Assembly (NCBI GenBank): GCA_046582655.1
Contig: JAYGDX010000280.1
Coordinates: 32,001 to 96,000, forward strand
Direction: 5' to 3'
From: Candidatus Poribacteria bacterium
Lineage (GTDB): Bacteria; Poribacteria; WGA-4E; UBA9662
DNA length: 64,000 bases
The notes under the pieces are model-generated. The model was not told the DNA's origin. It saw only the letters and a program-made list of their open reading frames with translations, and ran no database searches. How positions within the stretch are numbered: the first letter of the stretch is position 1; every line of letters begins with the position of its first letter. The translations under genes were made by a program, and so were the position numbers. Below are positions 51,801 to 63,032 of this stretch, one piece after another.

Positions 51801-54800
51801 ATGAAAAAAGAAAAAATTCAGCTTTTACGGATTTTCCTGATTTTCCTGATGGTTGGGCTGTCCTGCATTAATTGCCTCACTATTGCTGAGCAAAATAAGC
51901 AAGGTCAGGATACCAAGATTGATTTCGATCGCGATATTGAACCGATACTCGCTGCAAAGTGTTATCAATGTCACGGAGCCAATCAGCAGAAAAGTGGGTT
52001 GCGCCTTCATGACCACCAATCAGCTCTACACGGCGGTGACTCCATGAAACCTGCCATTGTGCCGGGCAACAGCTCTGAAAGTTACTTAATCCAGCGTATC
52101 ATTAGCGAGGACAAGTTTGAACGCATGCCGCCGGCAGATAAAGAACCCATCACTCCTGAGGAAATCCGTCTCTTACGCATGTGGATCGATCAGGGTGCAA
52201 ATTGGCCAGAGAAGGAAGATACTGCGGTTGCAGATCAATCATTCCAGGGAGATCACTGGGCATTCCAGCTAGTTGAACGACCAAAGGTGCCGATTTTACA
52301 TGATGCGGCAGATAAGGCGTGGGCACGAAACCCAATTGACAATTTCATCATAGCCCGCCTAGATAAAAAGGGGCTATCTCCATCGGAAAAAGCGGATCGA
52401 TCGACTCTGATTCGGCGATGGAGCCAAACCTTGCTCGGATTGCCACCATCGCCTGAAGATGTTCAGCAATTTGTAGCAGATCAAAGTCCCGATGCCTACG
52501 AGCAACTTGTTGACCGCCTGTTAGCTTCACCCCATTACGGTGAACGTTGGGGGCAACACTGGCTGGATATCGTTCGTTTTGCGGAAACAAGTGGTTTTGA
52601 GGTCAACACCCCTCGACCGAATGCATGGCATTATCGGGATTACGTCATCCAAGCCTTTAACAAAGATACGCCTTACAATCAATTTATTCTTGAGCAGTTG
52701 GCAGGGGATACTGTTGGTGCTGATGTTGCTACTGGGTTTCTCGTTGCTGGACCGAAAGACCTAGTAGGAAGTCCTGACATTCGTCTAACTTTGGCTCAGC
52801 GAATGGACGAACTTCACGATATGATCAATACCACCGGGATGACGTTTATGGGGTTGACAACCGGTTGTGCCCGTTGTCACGATCACAAGTTCGATCCAAT
52901 TTCTCAACGCGATTATTATGCCATGCAAGCAGTTTTTTCTGGAGTCAAGCACGGTGATCGAGTGCTTAGTTCCCCGCAATATAAAGAAAACCAAAAAAAG
53001 GCCAAAGAAACGAAAGAAAAACGTAACAAGGTCAAAAATCAACTTTCAAAATTCGAGCCACTGGCATTTACAGGAAAAACACTTGTTATCGATGATCAAC
53101 TCCCGGAAACTGAAGCATCCAATTTGAAGAAGGAGAAACCCAGTCGAACCGATACCACAATCCTGATGGAGATTGGCGGCACTGCGGGTTACACAAGTGG
53201 GAAAAAACGTGGTGAAAGTAATGACACTGGGGGTTTAGGGCGGTTACCCAATATAGGCAAAAAATATACTTGGTGGAAAGCAGCGCATGCAGATGTTTTC
53301 ACCTGGAATCCTGGCCTATCGGGATATTACCAAATTTGGCTGTCATGGGGTTGTGGACTTAGCGGTCGTTCCAATACGACCAAAGCGCTCCATGCCATGG
53401 ATGCGGAGTATCACCTTGACCTGGATGGTGATTTGGCAACGCAAGATGATCGCAGATTAATCACCATCATCAACCAACAAAAATTGGCTGATGGCACTGA
53501 TGCGCCTACCGAACTAGTGGGAGCATCTGGCAGCAAAAACTTGTGGAGTGGGTTGTATGCTGCCGGCATACATGAATTAAATCGAAACAGCCGCATCATT
53601 CTCCGTGGGGGTTCGTCAGATGCTCCGGTGGCTGCTGACATCATGGTATTCCAGCAGGCTGCTGATTCTTTAACTTTGCAGGAATCTAGCCCCCAATTAC
53701 GGCCAGCCGTTCAGACTTGGCAAAATTCCGAACGGTTCAAACCGATAGAGGCCAAGTTCGTTCGGTTTACTATTCTCGGAACCAATGGTGGAGAGCCCTG
53801 CATCGATGAGCTTGAGATCTATACTGAGGGTTCAGACTCGAGTAACGTCGCCCTGGCAAGTACGGGCGCGAAAGCTACGGCATCCGGCACTTTGCCAGGT
53901 TATGAAATCCACAAACTTCGGCATATTAACGATGGATTATACGGTAACAGTCACAGCTGGATCTCGGATGAAATTGGCCAGGGATGGGTAGAGATTGGAC
54001 TGGCGCAAAAAGCAACTATCCACAGAATCGCTTGGGGACGCGATCTAAAAGGGAAATTCGGTGACAGGACACCAATTCAGTATAAAATTGAAGTAGCTGA
54101 TGAAATGAGGAACTGGAATCTGATCTCAAGTGCGGAGGACCGCATCCCATTTGTTTTAACAGTAAACAAAGACAGTTCATCAGAAAACAGCAGTGGTCTT
54201 TTTTATCCTGTCATAGACTTATCTGAAGATGCAATTGTAGTCTTAAAGGAATTAATTGGCCAAGTCAAGGTTCTTGATGCGGAACTGGACCAGCTAGCTC
54301 TGGATGTTCCCATGATTTATGCTGGTCAATTTAATCAACCTGAAGAATTGACACATTGGTTGTATCGCGGCGACCCATTCCAAAAACGCGATGTTGTCAA
54401 ACCGAGTGGGATTTCCTCCTTCAAAGGGAATCTCAACTTGGACAATGAAACGTTGGAATCACAACGTCGATTGAAGTTAGCACAGTGGATCAGTGATCCG
54501 AAAAACCCTCTGACAGCACGAGTGATGGTCAATAGGATTTGGCACTACCATTTTGGGGAAGGCATTGTCAACAGCCCATCCGATTTTGGTGTTAATGGCG
54601 GGGCCCCATCACACCTACAGCTATTGGATTGGCTGGCTTCAGAGTTTAAAGATTCCGGTTGGAGTATTAAATCGATTCAACGACTCATTGTGTTATCCAG
54701 CACCTATTTGCAGTCAAGTCAACCCAACACAAAGGGGTTAGAACTAGATGTAGATTGCCGCTTGCTATGGCGGTTTCCACCGCGCCGTTTGGCAGCTGAA

Positions 54801-55298
54801 GCCATTCGCGATTCCATTCTACAGGTGAGCGGTGCCATAGACCTGACTATGGGAGGCGTTGGATATGAGGTGTTTGAACCAAATACTAATTATGTCCGTG
54901 TTTATAATCCAAAGAAAGAATTTGGTCCAACTGAATGGCGGCGTATGGTTTACCAGCGAAAAATTCGTATGGAAGGAGACGCAACTTTTGAAGCCTTCGA
55001 TTGTCCGGATGGAGGGCAAGTTTGTCCCAAGAGGACCCGTTCGATAACAGCCCTGCAAGCCCTGAATTTATTAAACAGTCATTTTATGGTTCAACAGGCA
55101 GATTTGTTTTCCCAACGGCTATTGCAGGAAACCAACCAAAATACTTCGGCTCAAGTTCGTCTGGGATTTCAACTGGCCTATGGCCGAAAACCAGACCTCC
55201 AGGAACTACAAAGATCGATAGCATTAGTTGAATCGCATGGGTTACCAATTTTCTGTCGAGCGATTTTCAATACCAATGAATTTATGTTCATTAACTAA
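51801..55298 (+). CDS. PSD1/planctomycete cytochrome c protein (PSCyt1, DUF1549, DUF1553) with inserted golvesin-like and discoidin-like domains
   Basis: [75 protein letters not shown]. Confidence 0.92.
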   Translation: MKKEKIQLLRIFLIFLMVGLSCINCLTIAEQNKQGQDTKIDFDRDIEPILAAKCYQCHGANQQKSGLRLHDHQSALHGGDSMKPAIVPGNSSESYLIQRIISEDKFERMPPADKEPITPEEIRLLRMWIDQGANWPEKEDTAVADQSFQGDHWAFQLVERPKVPILHDAADKAWARNPIDNFIIARLDKKGLSPSEKADRSTLIRRWSQTLLGLPPSPEDVQQFVADQSPDAYEQLVDRLLASPHYGERWGQHWLDIVRFAETSGFEVNTPRPNAWHYRDYVIQAFNKDTPYNQFILEQLAGDTVGADVATGFLVAGPKDLVGSPDIRLTLAQRMDELHDMINTTGMTFMGLTTGCARCHDHKFDPISQRDYYAMQAVFSGVKHGDRVLSSPQYKENQKKAKETKEKRNKVKNQLSKFEPLAFTGKTLVIDDQLPETEASNLKKEKPSRTDTTILMEIGGTAGYTSGKKRGESNDTGGLGRLPNIGKKYTWWKAAHADVFTWNPGLSGYYQIWLSWGCGLSGRSNTTKALHAMDAEYHLDLDGDLATQDDRRLITIINQQKLADGTDAPTELVGASGSKNLWSGLYAAGIHELNRNSRIILRGGSSDAPVAADIMVFQQAADSLTLQESSPQLRPAVQTWQNSERFKPIEAKFVRFTILGTNGGEPCIDELEIYTEGSDSSNVALASTGAKATASGTLPGYEIHKLRHINDGLYGNSHSWISDEIGQGWVEIGLAQKATIHRIAWGRDLKGKFGDRTPIQYKIEVADEMRNWNLISSAEDRIPFVLTVNKDSSSENSSGLFYPVIDLSEDAIVVLKELIGQVKVLDAELDQLALDVPMIYAGQFNQPEELTHWLYRGDPFQKRDVVKPSGISSFKGNLNLDNETLESQRRLKLAQWISDPKNPLTARVMVNRIWHYHFGEGIVNSPSDFGVNGGAPSHLQLLDWLASEFKDSGWSIKSIQRLIVLSSTYLQSSQPNTKGLELDVDCRLLWRFPPRRLAAEAIRDSILQVSGAIDLTMGGVGYEVFEPNTNYVRVYNPKKEFGPTEWRRMVYQRKIRMEGDATFEAFDCPDGGQVCPKRTRSITALQALNLLNSHFMVQQADLFSQRLLQETNQNTSAQVRLGFQLAYGRKPDLQELQRSIALVESHGLPIFCRAIFNTNEFMFIN

Positions 55299-55356
55299 TG
55301 AAGACCTTAGGATACGATTTTTCAGCATAATTTTTCAATATCAGGAGGAATGGGGC

Positions 55357-56844
55357 ATGTCCAAACACTCAATTTCACATTCTGGCCGGCGTTTGCTCAG
55401 TCGTCGAACCTTTCTGCAAGATACCAGCAATGGACTGAGTGCGATTGCCATGACTTATTTGCTAAGTAGTCAGGGGCTGTTACCGGCTCAGAATAAGCAG
55501 GTTGCTATTCGACCAGATGTTGATCCGCAGACACCGTTAGCAGCCAGGACACCTCATTTTTCCCCCAAAGCAAAAAAGGTGTTGGTCATATTTTGTTCTG
55601 GAGGATTTAGCCATGTAGATTCATGGGATTATAAACCCGAATTGATCCGTCGGCATAATCAACCCATGCCGGGTGCATCAGACCTGATTACTTTTCAAGG
55701 CGCACAAGGCAACTTAATTCAAAGCCCCTACACTTTTGAGCCTCGAGGTGAGAGTGGAAAATATATTTCTGACCTCGTGCCAAACTTAGCAGAATTAGCC
55801 GACGAAATGTGCTTCATTCATTCCATGACCGCTCTCAAAAACACACATGGACCAGCTGAAAACCAGATGAATACAGGTTTCGCTCTGGATGGGTTTCCCA
55901 GTATGGGGGCTTGGGTATCCTACGCACTCGGCACAGAAAACGAGAATCTGCCAGCATTTGTCTGCATCCCCGATCCCAGGGGTGTACCTCAATCGGGCCC
56001 CAATAATTGGAGCAATGGGTTCTTACCTGCTGTCTTTCAAGGTGCTCCTTTCAACGCAAGTAAGCCCATCTACAATTTAGCTAGGCCAAAAGGAATTAGC
56101 CGAGATAATGACTTGGCAACCTATGATTTCCTGCAGTTTATGAACGATAGACATTTGGAGAAATTCCCTGATGACACTGAACTGAGTGCGCGAGTATCAA
56201 GCTATGAACTAGCTGCTAAGATGCAATTGAGCGTGCCAGATATTAGCGATTTGTCGAAAGAAAGCCCAAGTATCATCAAACTGTATGGCGCGGACGATCC
56301 TGACCCAATTAGAGCCGGTTTTGCACGCAACTGCATTCTGGCCCGGCGTTTATTAGAAAAAGGTGTTCGTTTCGTTCAGTTATTCAACGGTGCTTATGCT
56401 ATGGGAGAAGGCGTTGGAAATTGGGATGGTCATAAAACGCTTAAAGCTCAGTATGACATTCATGCCCCTATTCTTGATAAACCGGCAGCAGCATTACTGC
56501 GAGATTTAAAAGCTCGAGGCTTACTTGATGATACGCTGGTTGTTTGGGCTACCGAGTTTGGTAGAATGCCGACTTTCCAGATGAGCGCGAGCGGCCGTGA
56601 CCACAATCCCTATGGATTTACAACTTGGATGGCTGGAGCTGGAGTCAAACCGGCTTTTTCATATGGTGCGACAGACGAGTTTGGATACCAAGCAGCTGAA
56701 AATGTGGTGACTGTTTATGACTTTCATGCTACGATCCTGCATCTGCTAGGCTTGGATCACACCCAACTTAGTTTCTACCACAATGGGATTGAACGTCGTT
56801 TAACGGATGTGCACGGGCACGTGATTAAAGATATACTTGCTTAG
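55357..56844 (+). CDS. DUF1501 family protein (Tat-exported)
   Basis: SRRTFL Tat motif; [60 protein letters not shown]. Start ATG 55357 after AGGAGG. Confidence 0.92.
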   Translation: MSKHSISHSGRRLLSRRTFLQDTSNGLSAIAMTYLLSSQGLLPAQNKQVAIRPDVDPQTPLAARTPHFSPKAKKVLVIFCSGGFSHVDSWDYKPELIRRHNQPMPGASDLITFQGAQGNLIQSPYTFEPRGESGKYISDLVPNLAELADEMCFIHSMTALKNTHGPAENQMNTGFALDGFPSMGAWVSYALGTENENLPAFVCIPDPRGVPQSGPNNWSNGFLPAVFQGAPFNASKPIYNLARPKGISRDNDLATYDFLQFMNDRHLEKFPDDTELSARVSSYELAAKMQLSVPDISDLSKESPSIIKLYGADDPDPIRAGFARNCILARRLLEKGVRFVQLFNGAYAMGEGVGNWDGHKTLKAQYDIHAPILDKPAAALLRDLKARGLLDDTLVVWATEFGRMPTFQMSASGRDHNPYGFTTWMAGAGVKPAFSYGATDEFGYQAAENVVTVYDFHATILHLLGLDHTQLSFYHNGIERRLTDVHGHVIKDILA

Positions 56845-56871
56845 AATAAACAATTGGAGAAAGAGTTATAG

Positions 56872-57711
56872 ATGGATAATACCGAACAATATGAATTTGA
56901 TAGACAAGGGTTTTTGGTCTTGAAAGATTTTTTGACCTCTCAAGAGGTTGATAAACTTGCACCCGTGGTCAATAGATTGGTAGATCACGGAGAAGAACAC
57001 TACGAACAGGAACCGCGAAAAAAGAGCAAATGGGGACCAAACTACCATGTCAATGCTGAGAACGGATACCATGTTAGTGGTGGGTTGGAACATGGTGAGA
57101 CAATTATTATCGAGGATTTTTTTAATTTTGACCTAGCCTTTGATTTTCTGGTCAATCACCCGAAGACAATGTCTTATATTGCGGGAATCGTACAGGGAGA
57201 AATTGGCATTAATAACTCCGAATTGAGGGTTAGGTATACGAGCAATGCTAGCGGTACTCATGGGGGTGGTCCGACCAATCCCAAATATCGTTATGCTGTC
57301 AATAGCAATGGAATCGACGCTATGATGGTTCGCATGATTTATTTTGTTCAAGATGTTGATGCCGATCAAGGGGCTTTTTGTGTTGTTCCAGGGACCCATA
57401 AGACCAAACTACCAATTCCCTATACATGTTCAGTTGATGAGGAACCTGGGATGATCGGCCTTGAGGTCAAAGCTGGAGACGCTATTCTGTTCACTGAAAA
57501 TTTGCGTCATGGAGGGTTGACCAACCGGTCGGATCAAGTTCGTAAGACTTTGCATGTTGGTTATGGCCCTGCTTGGATGATGTCACAGAACATCTCAACC
57601 ATGGATGAAGTCCCTTACCTCAAACCTGAAACGTGGCATCGGTATGATCAGGGGCAACGCGACCTGTTCCAACCATGGTTAAGAAAAGAGCTGGAATATC
57701 AAAGTCCATAG
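56872..57711 (+). CDS. PhyH family oxygenase with HGG in place of HxD (paralog of 49899..50735)
   Basis: EQYEFDRQGF, THGGG, FCVVPGTHK, KAGDAILFTENLRHGG. Confidence 0.85.
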   Translation: MDNTEQYEFDRQGFLVLKDFLTSQEVDKLAPVVNRLVDHGEEHYEQEPRKKSKWGPNYHVNAENGYHVSGGLEHGETIIIEDFFNFDLAFDFLVNHPKTMSYIAGIVQGEIGINNSELRVRYTSNASGTHGGGPTNPKYRYAVNSNGIDAMMVRMIYFVQDVDADQGAFCVVPGTHKTKLPIPYTCSVDEEPGMIGLEVKAGDAILFTENLRHGGLTNRSDQVRKTLHVGYGPAWMMSQNISTMDEVPYLKPETWHRYDQGQRDLFQPWLRKELEYQSP

Positions 57712-58007
57712 TATTTTACACTGAATTGTGTACCGTTAAGAATCTTGCCTTAACCATGAATATACCTGCCATTTCTACCATCCCACCATCCACTAGATTT
57801 TGCTGTGATCGAATGAACTCAAAATTATTCTGTCTTAAAGATAGTCAACTCTGATATTATTCATTTTTGTGATTCCAAAATTGGGTTTTTACCCCTTATT
57901 GATTGTTTACTGCGTTTATAAAGTAGTTCTCCACTAACTTTCGAAATTTAGTGCAACTTCCATCAGAGGTATATTGTGCATACAATAATCCACAAGGAGA
58001 GATAAGA

Positions 58008-59939
58008 ATGCGGAATAGATTGAGATTAATCACTTTGTTAGGTCTGGTTGGGATAAATATTATTCTGCTACCTGCATGTAAAGACCAATCAAAGTCACAG
58101 TTGCCGGTCGATTTGCCTCGCCAGGACGTGTTCGTAGTTGACCAGATTTTTCGCTATAGCGTCGTTGAAAACTTTAACCTATGGATGCCGAATATACCAA
58201 GCCCAACTAGACAAGGTCTGATTATGGATTCGCTGTGGTATATCGATCAGGAAACAGGGAACAAGATTAACGCCCTCTCTACTGAGCCGCCTACTTACAA
58301 CCAAGATTTCACCCAGATGACAGTCAAACTTCGCTCAGGGATGTACTGGAGTGATGGCGTGGAATTTACAGCCGACGATCTGGTTTTTACGGTCAATAAC
58401 CTGAAATCACATTTGGGTATGAACTGGTCGACTGAACTGAGTCTCTTCGTTAAGGAGGTTAAAAAAGTCGACAATTATACTGTTATCTTCGAACTTAACG
58501 ATTCCAATCCACGGTTCCACTATTATTTTACTGTTAGATACAATGCGGTCTGGATGCAGCCCAAACACATCTGGAAGAATGTCGATGACCCAATGACGTT
58601 CAAGTTTAATCCTCCGGTTTCACTGGGGGGCTATGAATATGCTGATTCGGATCCGGCAGGTTATTGGGAACTGTTCAAACAGCGAGAGGATTGGCAAAGG
58701 ACTACTGCAGGCATGTTGACCGGAAAACCCGGACCACCCTATATCATGACTGTCTTCTACGGTGGCTCTGAACGCAAAGTGATGGCTATGGCTAGGCATG
58801 AACTTGACTTGTTTATGAACGTAGATTATGAAGCATTTCAAGCTGTGCTGAAGAAAACCCCAACGGCACGTTCCTGGTACAAAGAATTCCCTTGGGCTTA
58901 TCCCAACGAGTTAAGTGGCCGTTACTTTGGTTTTAACCTCGGCCGTAAAACAGTTTTCACCAATAAGGACGTCCGTTGGGCATTGACGCTAGCATTAGAT
59001 ATCGTTGACCTACAAACGGAATATATCGGTGGAGTAGCACGAGTTACTGCTATTCCTCATCCAGCTACTCCAATCCAAATGGAACTGTACCACAACCCAT
59101 TGGAATCATGGTTGAAAGAATTTCAAATTGAGATTGAAGAGGGAATATTCTACCATCCATACGACGATGCAGTGACGGAACGAATTGCTGCTTGGGCACA
59201 AAAACAAGGATACTCAGTCCCTTCAGATGCCAAAGAATTGCGGTTGCTGTTTGGTACCGGGTGGTGGAAACATGATCCGAAAATTGCAGAACGATTATTG
59301 CTCAAGAGTGGCTTTACTCGCAATACAAACGGCAAATGGCTGACTCCTGATGGGGAACTGTGGACGATTAAGATGATCGTCGCCCCAGACGAAGTAGATA
59401 TTTATCGGTTGGCCATCGGAGCTCAGGATCAATGGGCAGATTTCGGCCTCAAACTGGAAATAGAGACGTTACAAAGAGATCCCTATTCAACTCGCAACTA
59501 TATGGGAGAGTTCGAATCCATCTCCAGTTGGGGAAATGCTTCTAGTGGAGACGCTACGGCCGATAAATGGCAGGCTATCTTTGGACTACACTCACAGTTC
59601 TATACGCCTAATGGTAAATCCACAGCAGCCAGAGGAAGCATCGACACACTCAGAATAAAATCCAAAGAGGTAGATCTAATTATTGACGAATTGGGTGAAA
59701 TCCATCCGGAGGATGACCGAGTTGTTGAATTGGGTCATGACTTCATGAAGCTATGGGTTGAAAACATGTTCTCAATTACTACCATTAGTTTTAAGAAGTT
59801 TGTTACTACTGATACGTACTATTGGACTGGTTTTCCAACCAGTGAAAATGCTTTCGTGCAACCACTCTACTGGTTTGGAGGAGGACGATTTACCTTTCAG
59901 CATGTGGAATCAGCAATTCGAAACAAATCTGAACGGTAA
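58008..59939 (+). CDS. ABC transporter family-5 substrate-binding lipoprotein
   Basis: Lipobox LPAC; KLRSGMYWSDGVEFTADDLVFT, DVRWALTLALD. Start ATG 58008 after AAGGAG. Confidence 0.9.
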   Translation: MRNRLRLITLLGLVGINIILLPACKDQSKSQLPVDLPRQDVFVVDQIFRYSVVENFNLWMPNIPSPTRQGLIMDSLWYIDQETGNKINALSTEPPTYNQDFTQMTVKLRSGMYWSDGVEFTADDLVFTVNNLKSHLGMNWSTELSLFVKEVKKVDNYTVIFELNDSNPRFHYYFTVRYNAVWMQPKHIWKNVDDPMTFKFNPPVSLGGYEYADSDPAGYWELFKQREDWQRTTAGMLTGKPGPPYIMTVFYGGSERKVMAMARHELDLFMNVDYEAFQAVLKKTPTARSWYKEFPWAYPNELSGRYFGFNLGRKTVFTNKDVRWALTLALDIVDLQTEYIGGVARVTAIPHPATPIQMELYHNPLESWLKEFQIEIEEGIFYHPYDDAVTERIAAWAQKQGYSVPSDAKELRLLFGTGWWKHDPKIAERLLLKSGFTRNTNGKWLTPDGELWTIKMIVAPDEVDIYRLAIGAQDQWADFGLKLEIETLQRDPYSTRNYMGEFESISSWGNASSGDATADKWQAIFGLHSQFYTPNGKSTAARGSIDTLRIKSKEVDLIIDELGEIHPEDDRVVELGHDFMKLWVENMFSITTISFKKFVTTDTYYWTGFPTSENAFVQPLYWFGGGRFTFQHVESAIRNKSER

Positions 59940-60084
59940 TGAGAAAACTATGGAAAGGAATTTCAGCATAGTTAGTATACAGGTCTTGTATCATATATCT
60001 GCACCGAAAGGCACACCAACCAAACAAGCAGTAACCACTTGACCAAGATCCAACAAAATATCAAATTAAAGAAAGAAGATAAGA

Positions 60085-62016
60085 ATGCAAAATAGATCGA
60101 AATTAATAATTCTGTTAGGTCTGGTTGGAATAAATATTATCCTGCTAACTGCATGTAAAGATCGATTGAAGTCACAGTTGCCAGTCGATTTACCTCGTCA
60201 AGACATATTGGTAGTTGACCAGATTTTTCGTTACAGCGTCGTTGAGAACTTTAACCTGTGGATGCCGGGGATACCAAACCCAACTAAACAAGGTCTGATT
60301 ATGGATTCACTGTGGTATATCGACCAAGAAACGGGTAAGCAGATCAACTCTCTCTCTACTGAGCCGCCTACTTACAATCAAGATTTCACTCAGATGACAG
60401 TCAAACTTCGCTCGGGGGTATACTGGAGTGACGGGGTGGAATTTACAGCCGATGACCTGGTTTTTACAGTCAATAATCTAAAATCAAATCCAGGTATGCT
60501 CTGGTCAACTGAACTCGAACTCTTCGTTAAAGAGGTCAAAAAAGTCGACAAGTACACTGTTATCTTTGAACTTAAAGATTCCAATCCACGATTCCACTAT
60601 CAATTTACTGTTAGATATAATGCAGTCTGGATGCAACCCAAACACATCTGGCAGAATGTTGAGGATCCAATGACGTTCAAGTTCAATCCTCCGGTTTCAC
60701 TGGGGGCCTACGAATACGCTGATTCGGATCCATCAGGCTACTGGGAACTATTTAAACGAAGGAAGGATTGGGAAAGGACTACTCCAGGCATATTGACCGG
60801 GAAACCTGGTCCCCCCTATATCATGTCGGTTTTTTATGGTGATAGTGGACGCAAGGCCATGGCCATAATCAGACACGAACTTGATATGGTGCAAAATGTG
60901 GATTACGAAGCATTTCAAGCGATACTAAAAAAAGCGCCGACGGCTAGATCCTGGTACAAAGAATTCCCCTGGGCTTACCCTAATGAACAGAGTGCCCGTT
61001 ACTTTGGCTTTAATCTCGGCAGCGAAACGGTTTTCACCAACAAAGACGTCCGTTGGGCATTGACCCTAGCATTAGATATCGTTGACCTACAAACGGAATA
61101 TATCGGTGGAGTAGCACGAGTTACTGCTATCCCTCACCCAGCGAGTCCCCCCCAAATGGAACTGTACCACAACCCATTGGAATCATGGTTGAAAGAATTG
61201 CAAATTGAGATTGAAGAAGGAACATTCTACCATCCATACGACGATGCGGTGCCAAAGAAGATTGCTGCTTGGGCACAAAAACAAGGATACTCAGTCCCTT
61301 CGGATGCTAAAGAACTGCGGTTGCTGTTTGGTACCGGGTGGTGGAAACATGACCCAGAAATTGCAGAACGATTATTGCTTAAAAATGGCTTTACTCGCAA
61401 TACAAACGGCAAATGGCTAACTCCTGATGGGGAACTGTGGACGATTAAGATGATCGTCGCCCCAGACGAGGTAGAAATATACCGGTTGGCCATCGGAGCT
61501 CAGGATCAATGGGCAAATTTCGGTCTCAAACTGGAAATAGAAACATTACAAAGAGATCCATATTATAATCGCAATTTGATGGGAGAGTTTGAAGCTATCT
61601 CCAGTTGGTCAAATGCTTCTGATGGAGACGCTACTGCCGATAAATGGAAGGCTATCTTCGGATTACACTCACAGTTTTATACACCTAATGGTAAATCCAC
61701 AGCCACCACAGGAAGCACCAACACCCTGAGAGTAAAATCCAAAGAGATGGATCTGATTATTGATGAACTGGACCAAATCCATCCAGAGGATGACCGAGTT
61801 GTTGAATTGGGTCGTGAATTCATGAAGCTATGGGTTGAAAACATGTTCTCGATTATTACTATTAGTTTCAAGAACTTTACAACGGTTGATCAATATTATT
61901 GGACTGGTTTCCCAACTAATGAAAACCCCTTCGTGCAACCGCTCTATTGGTTTGGAGGGGGACGTTTCACTTTTCAGCATGTGGAACCCGCGGCTGGAAA
62001 CATACCTAAGCAATAA
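60085..62016 (+). CDS. ABC transporter family-5 substrate-binding lipoprotein (tandem paralog)
   Basis: Lipobox LTAC; collinear with and highly similar to 58008..59939. Confidence 0.9.
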   Translation: MQNRSKLIILLGLVGINIILLTACKDRLKSQLPVDLPRQDILVVDQIFRYSVVENFNLWMPGIPNPTKQGLIMDSLWYIDQETGKQINSLSTEPPTYNQDFTQMTVKLRSGVYWSDGVEFTADDLVFTVNNLKSNPGMLWSTELELFVKEVKKVDKYTVIFELKDSNPRFHYQFTVRYNAVWMQPKHIWQNVEDPMTFKFNPPVSLGAYEYADSDPSGYWELFKRRKDWERTTPGILTGKPGPPYIMSVFYGDSGRKAMAIIRHELDMVQNVDYEAFQAILKKAPTARSWYKEFPWAYPNEQSARYFGFNLGSETVFTNKDVRWALTLALDIVDLQTEYIGGVARVTAIPHPASPPQMELYHNPLESWLKELQIEIEEGTFYHPYDDAVPKKIAAWAQKQGYSVPSDAKELRLLFGTGWWKHDPEIAERLLLKNGFTRNTNGKWLTPDGELWTIKMIVAPDEVEIYRLAIGAQDQWANFGLKLEIETLQRDPYYNRNLMGEFEAISSWSNASDGDATADKWKAIFGLHSQFYTPNGKSTATTGSTNTLRVKSKEMDLIIDELDQIHPEDDRVVELGREFMKLWVENMFSIITISFKNFTTVDQYYWTGFPTNENPFVQPLYWFGGGRFTFQHVEPAAGNIPKQ

Positions 62017-62031
62017 AAAAGGAAACAGCCC

Positions 62032-63030
62032 ATGAATCTTCTAAAAAGCTATTTTTTGCCCAGACTTTCCCAATGGCTAATCACTATTTTTGTTGGGGTA
62101 ACAGTAACATTTATTCTCCCCAGGCTTCTTCCAACTGACCCTGTTGAGAGAACGCTAAGTACACTTAGCAGTCTTCAAACCATGGATCCAAGAGCTGTAG
62201 AAAGCCTGAAGGAAGCATTAGAAGATCTATACGGTTTAGGTGGAAGTTCTGTTGAACAATACATCAACTATTGGAAGAGACTCATTCGGGGTGATTTAGG
62301 ACCATCGATGAGTGCTTTCCCAACCCCAGTTATAGAAATTATTGGTGCAGGATTGCCATGGACAGTGGGATTGTTGACCTGTACTATCTTCATCTCCTGG
62401 GTTCTAGGTATTGTCTTAGGCACACTAGCCGGTTACCTTCCCAACAAGCTATGGTGCCAAGTTATGGATAAGATCTTTATTTCGATTTATCCAATTCCTT
62501 ATTACATTCTAGCCTTAATTTTGGTTATGGTATTTTGCTACCATTTCCAGGTCTTCCCACTTGTTGGTGGAGCCTCAGGAAAACCTGGGATCAGTTGGTC
62601 TTACCTCAGCAGCATATTGTGGCATAGCTTTCTACCAGCGACTTCGCTGATTGTGGGATCGACCGCCTTTAGATTCATCATGGCCAAGGCCTTAACTTCC
62701 ACCATCATTGCCAGCGATTACGTAAACTATGCTGAAACCGCTGGATTGTCGAGATGGCGAATCGTTTTGTTCTATATAATTAGAAATACTTTGTTGCCTC
62801 ACGCCACCGATTTGGGACTATCACTAGGAGGGATTTTTAGTGGAACAATGATCACCGAGGTTGTTTTCAGCTATCCTGGCATTGGTTATTCACTCTACAT
62901 GGGTCTTCTTCAGGCAGACTTTAATCTCATCTTGGGAATAACGGTATTTTCCATTGTCGGAATTGCCACAGCTGCTTTACTGGTAGACTTAAGTTATCCT
63001 CTTCTCGATCCTAGGGTAAGATACAAATAA
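62032..63030 (+). CDS. ABC transporter permease (DppB/OppB type)
   Basis: PRLLPTDP, GDLGPS, LPWT, DYVNYAETAGL, RNTLLP, EVVFSYPGIG, LLDPRVR. Confidence 0.93.
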   Translation: MNLLKSYFLPRLSQWLITIFVGVTVTFILPRLLPTDPVERTLSTLSSLQTMDPRAVESLKEALEDLYGLGGSSVEQYINYWKRLIRGDLGPSMSAFPTPVIEIIGAGLPWTVGLLTCTIFISWVLGIVLGTLAGYLPNKLWCQVMDKIFISIYPIPYYILALILVMVFCYHFQVFPLVGGASGKPGISWSYLSSILWHSFLPATSLIVGSTAFRFIMAKALTSTIIASDYVNYAETAGLSRWRIVLFYIIRNTLLPHATDLGLSLGGIFSGTMITEVVFSYPGIGYSLYMGLLQADFNLILGITVFSIVGIATAALLVDLSYPLLDPRVRYK

Positions 63031-63032
63031 TA

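Noticed and set aside
55228..55356. Extended N-terminus of the DUF1501 ORF
   Set aside because: It overlaps the upstream gene; the RBS and Tat motif support ATG 55357
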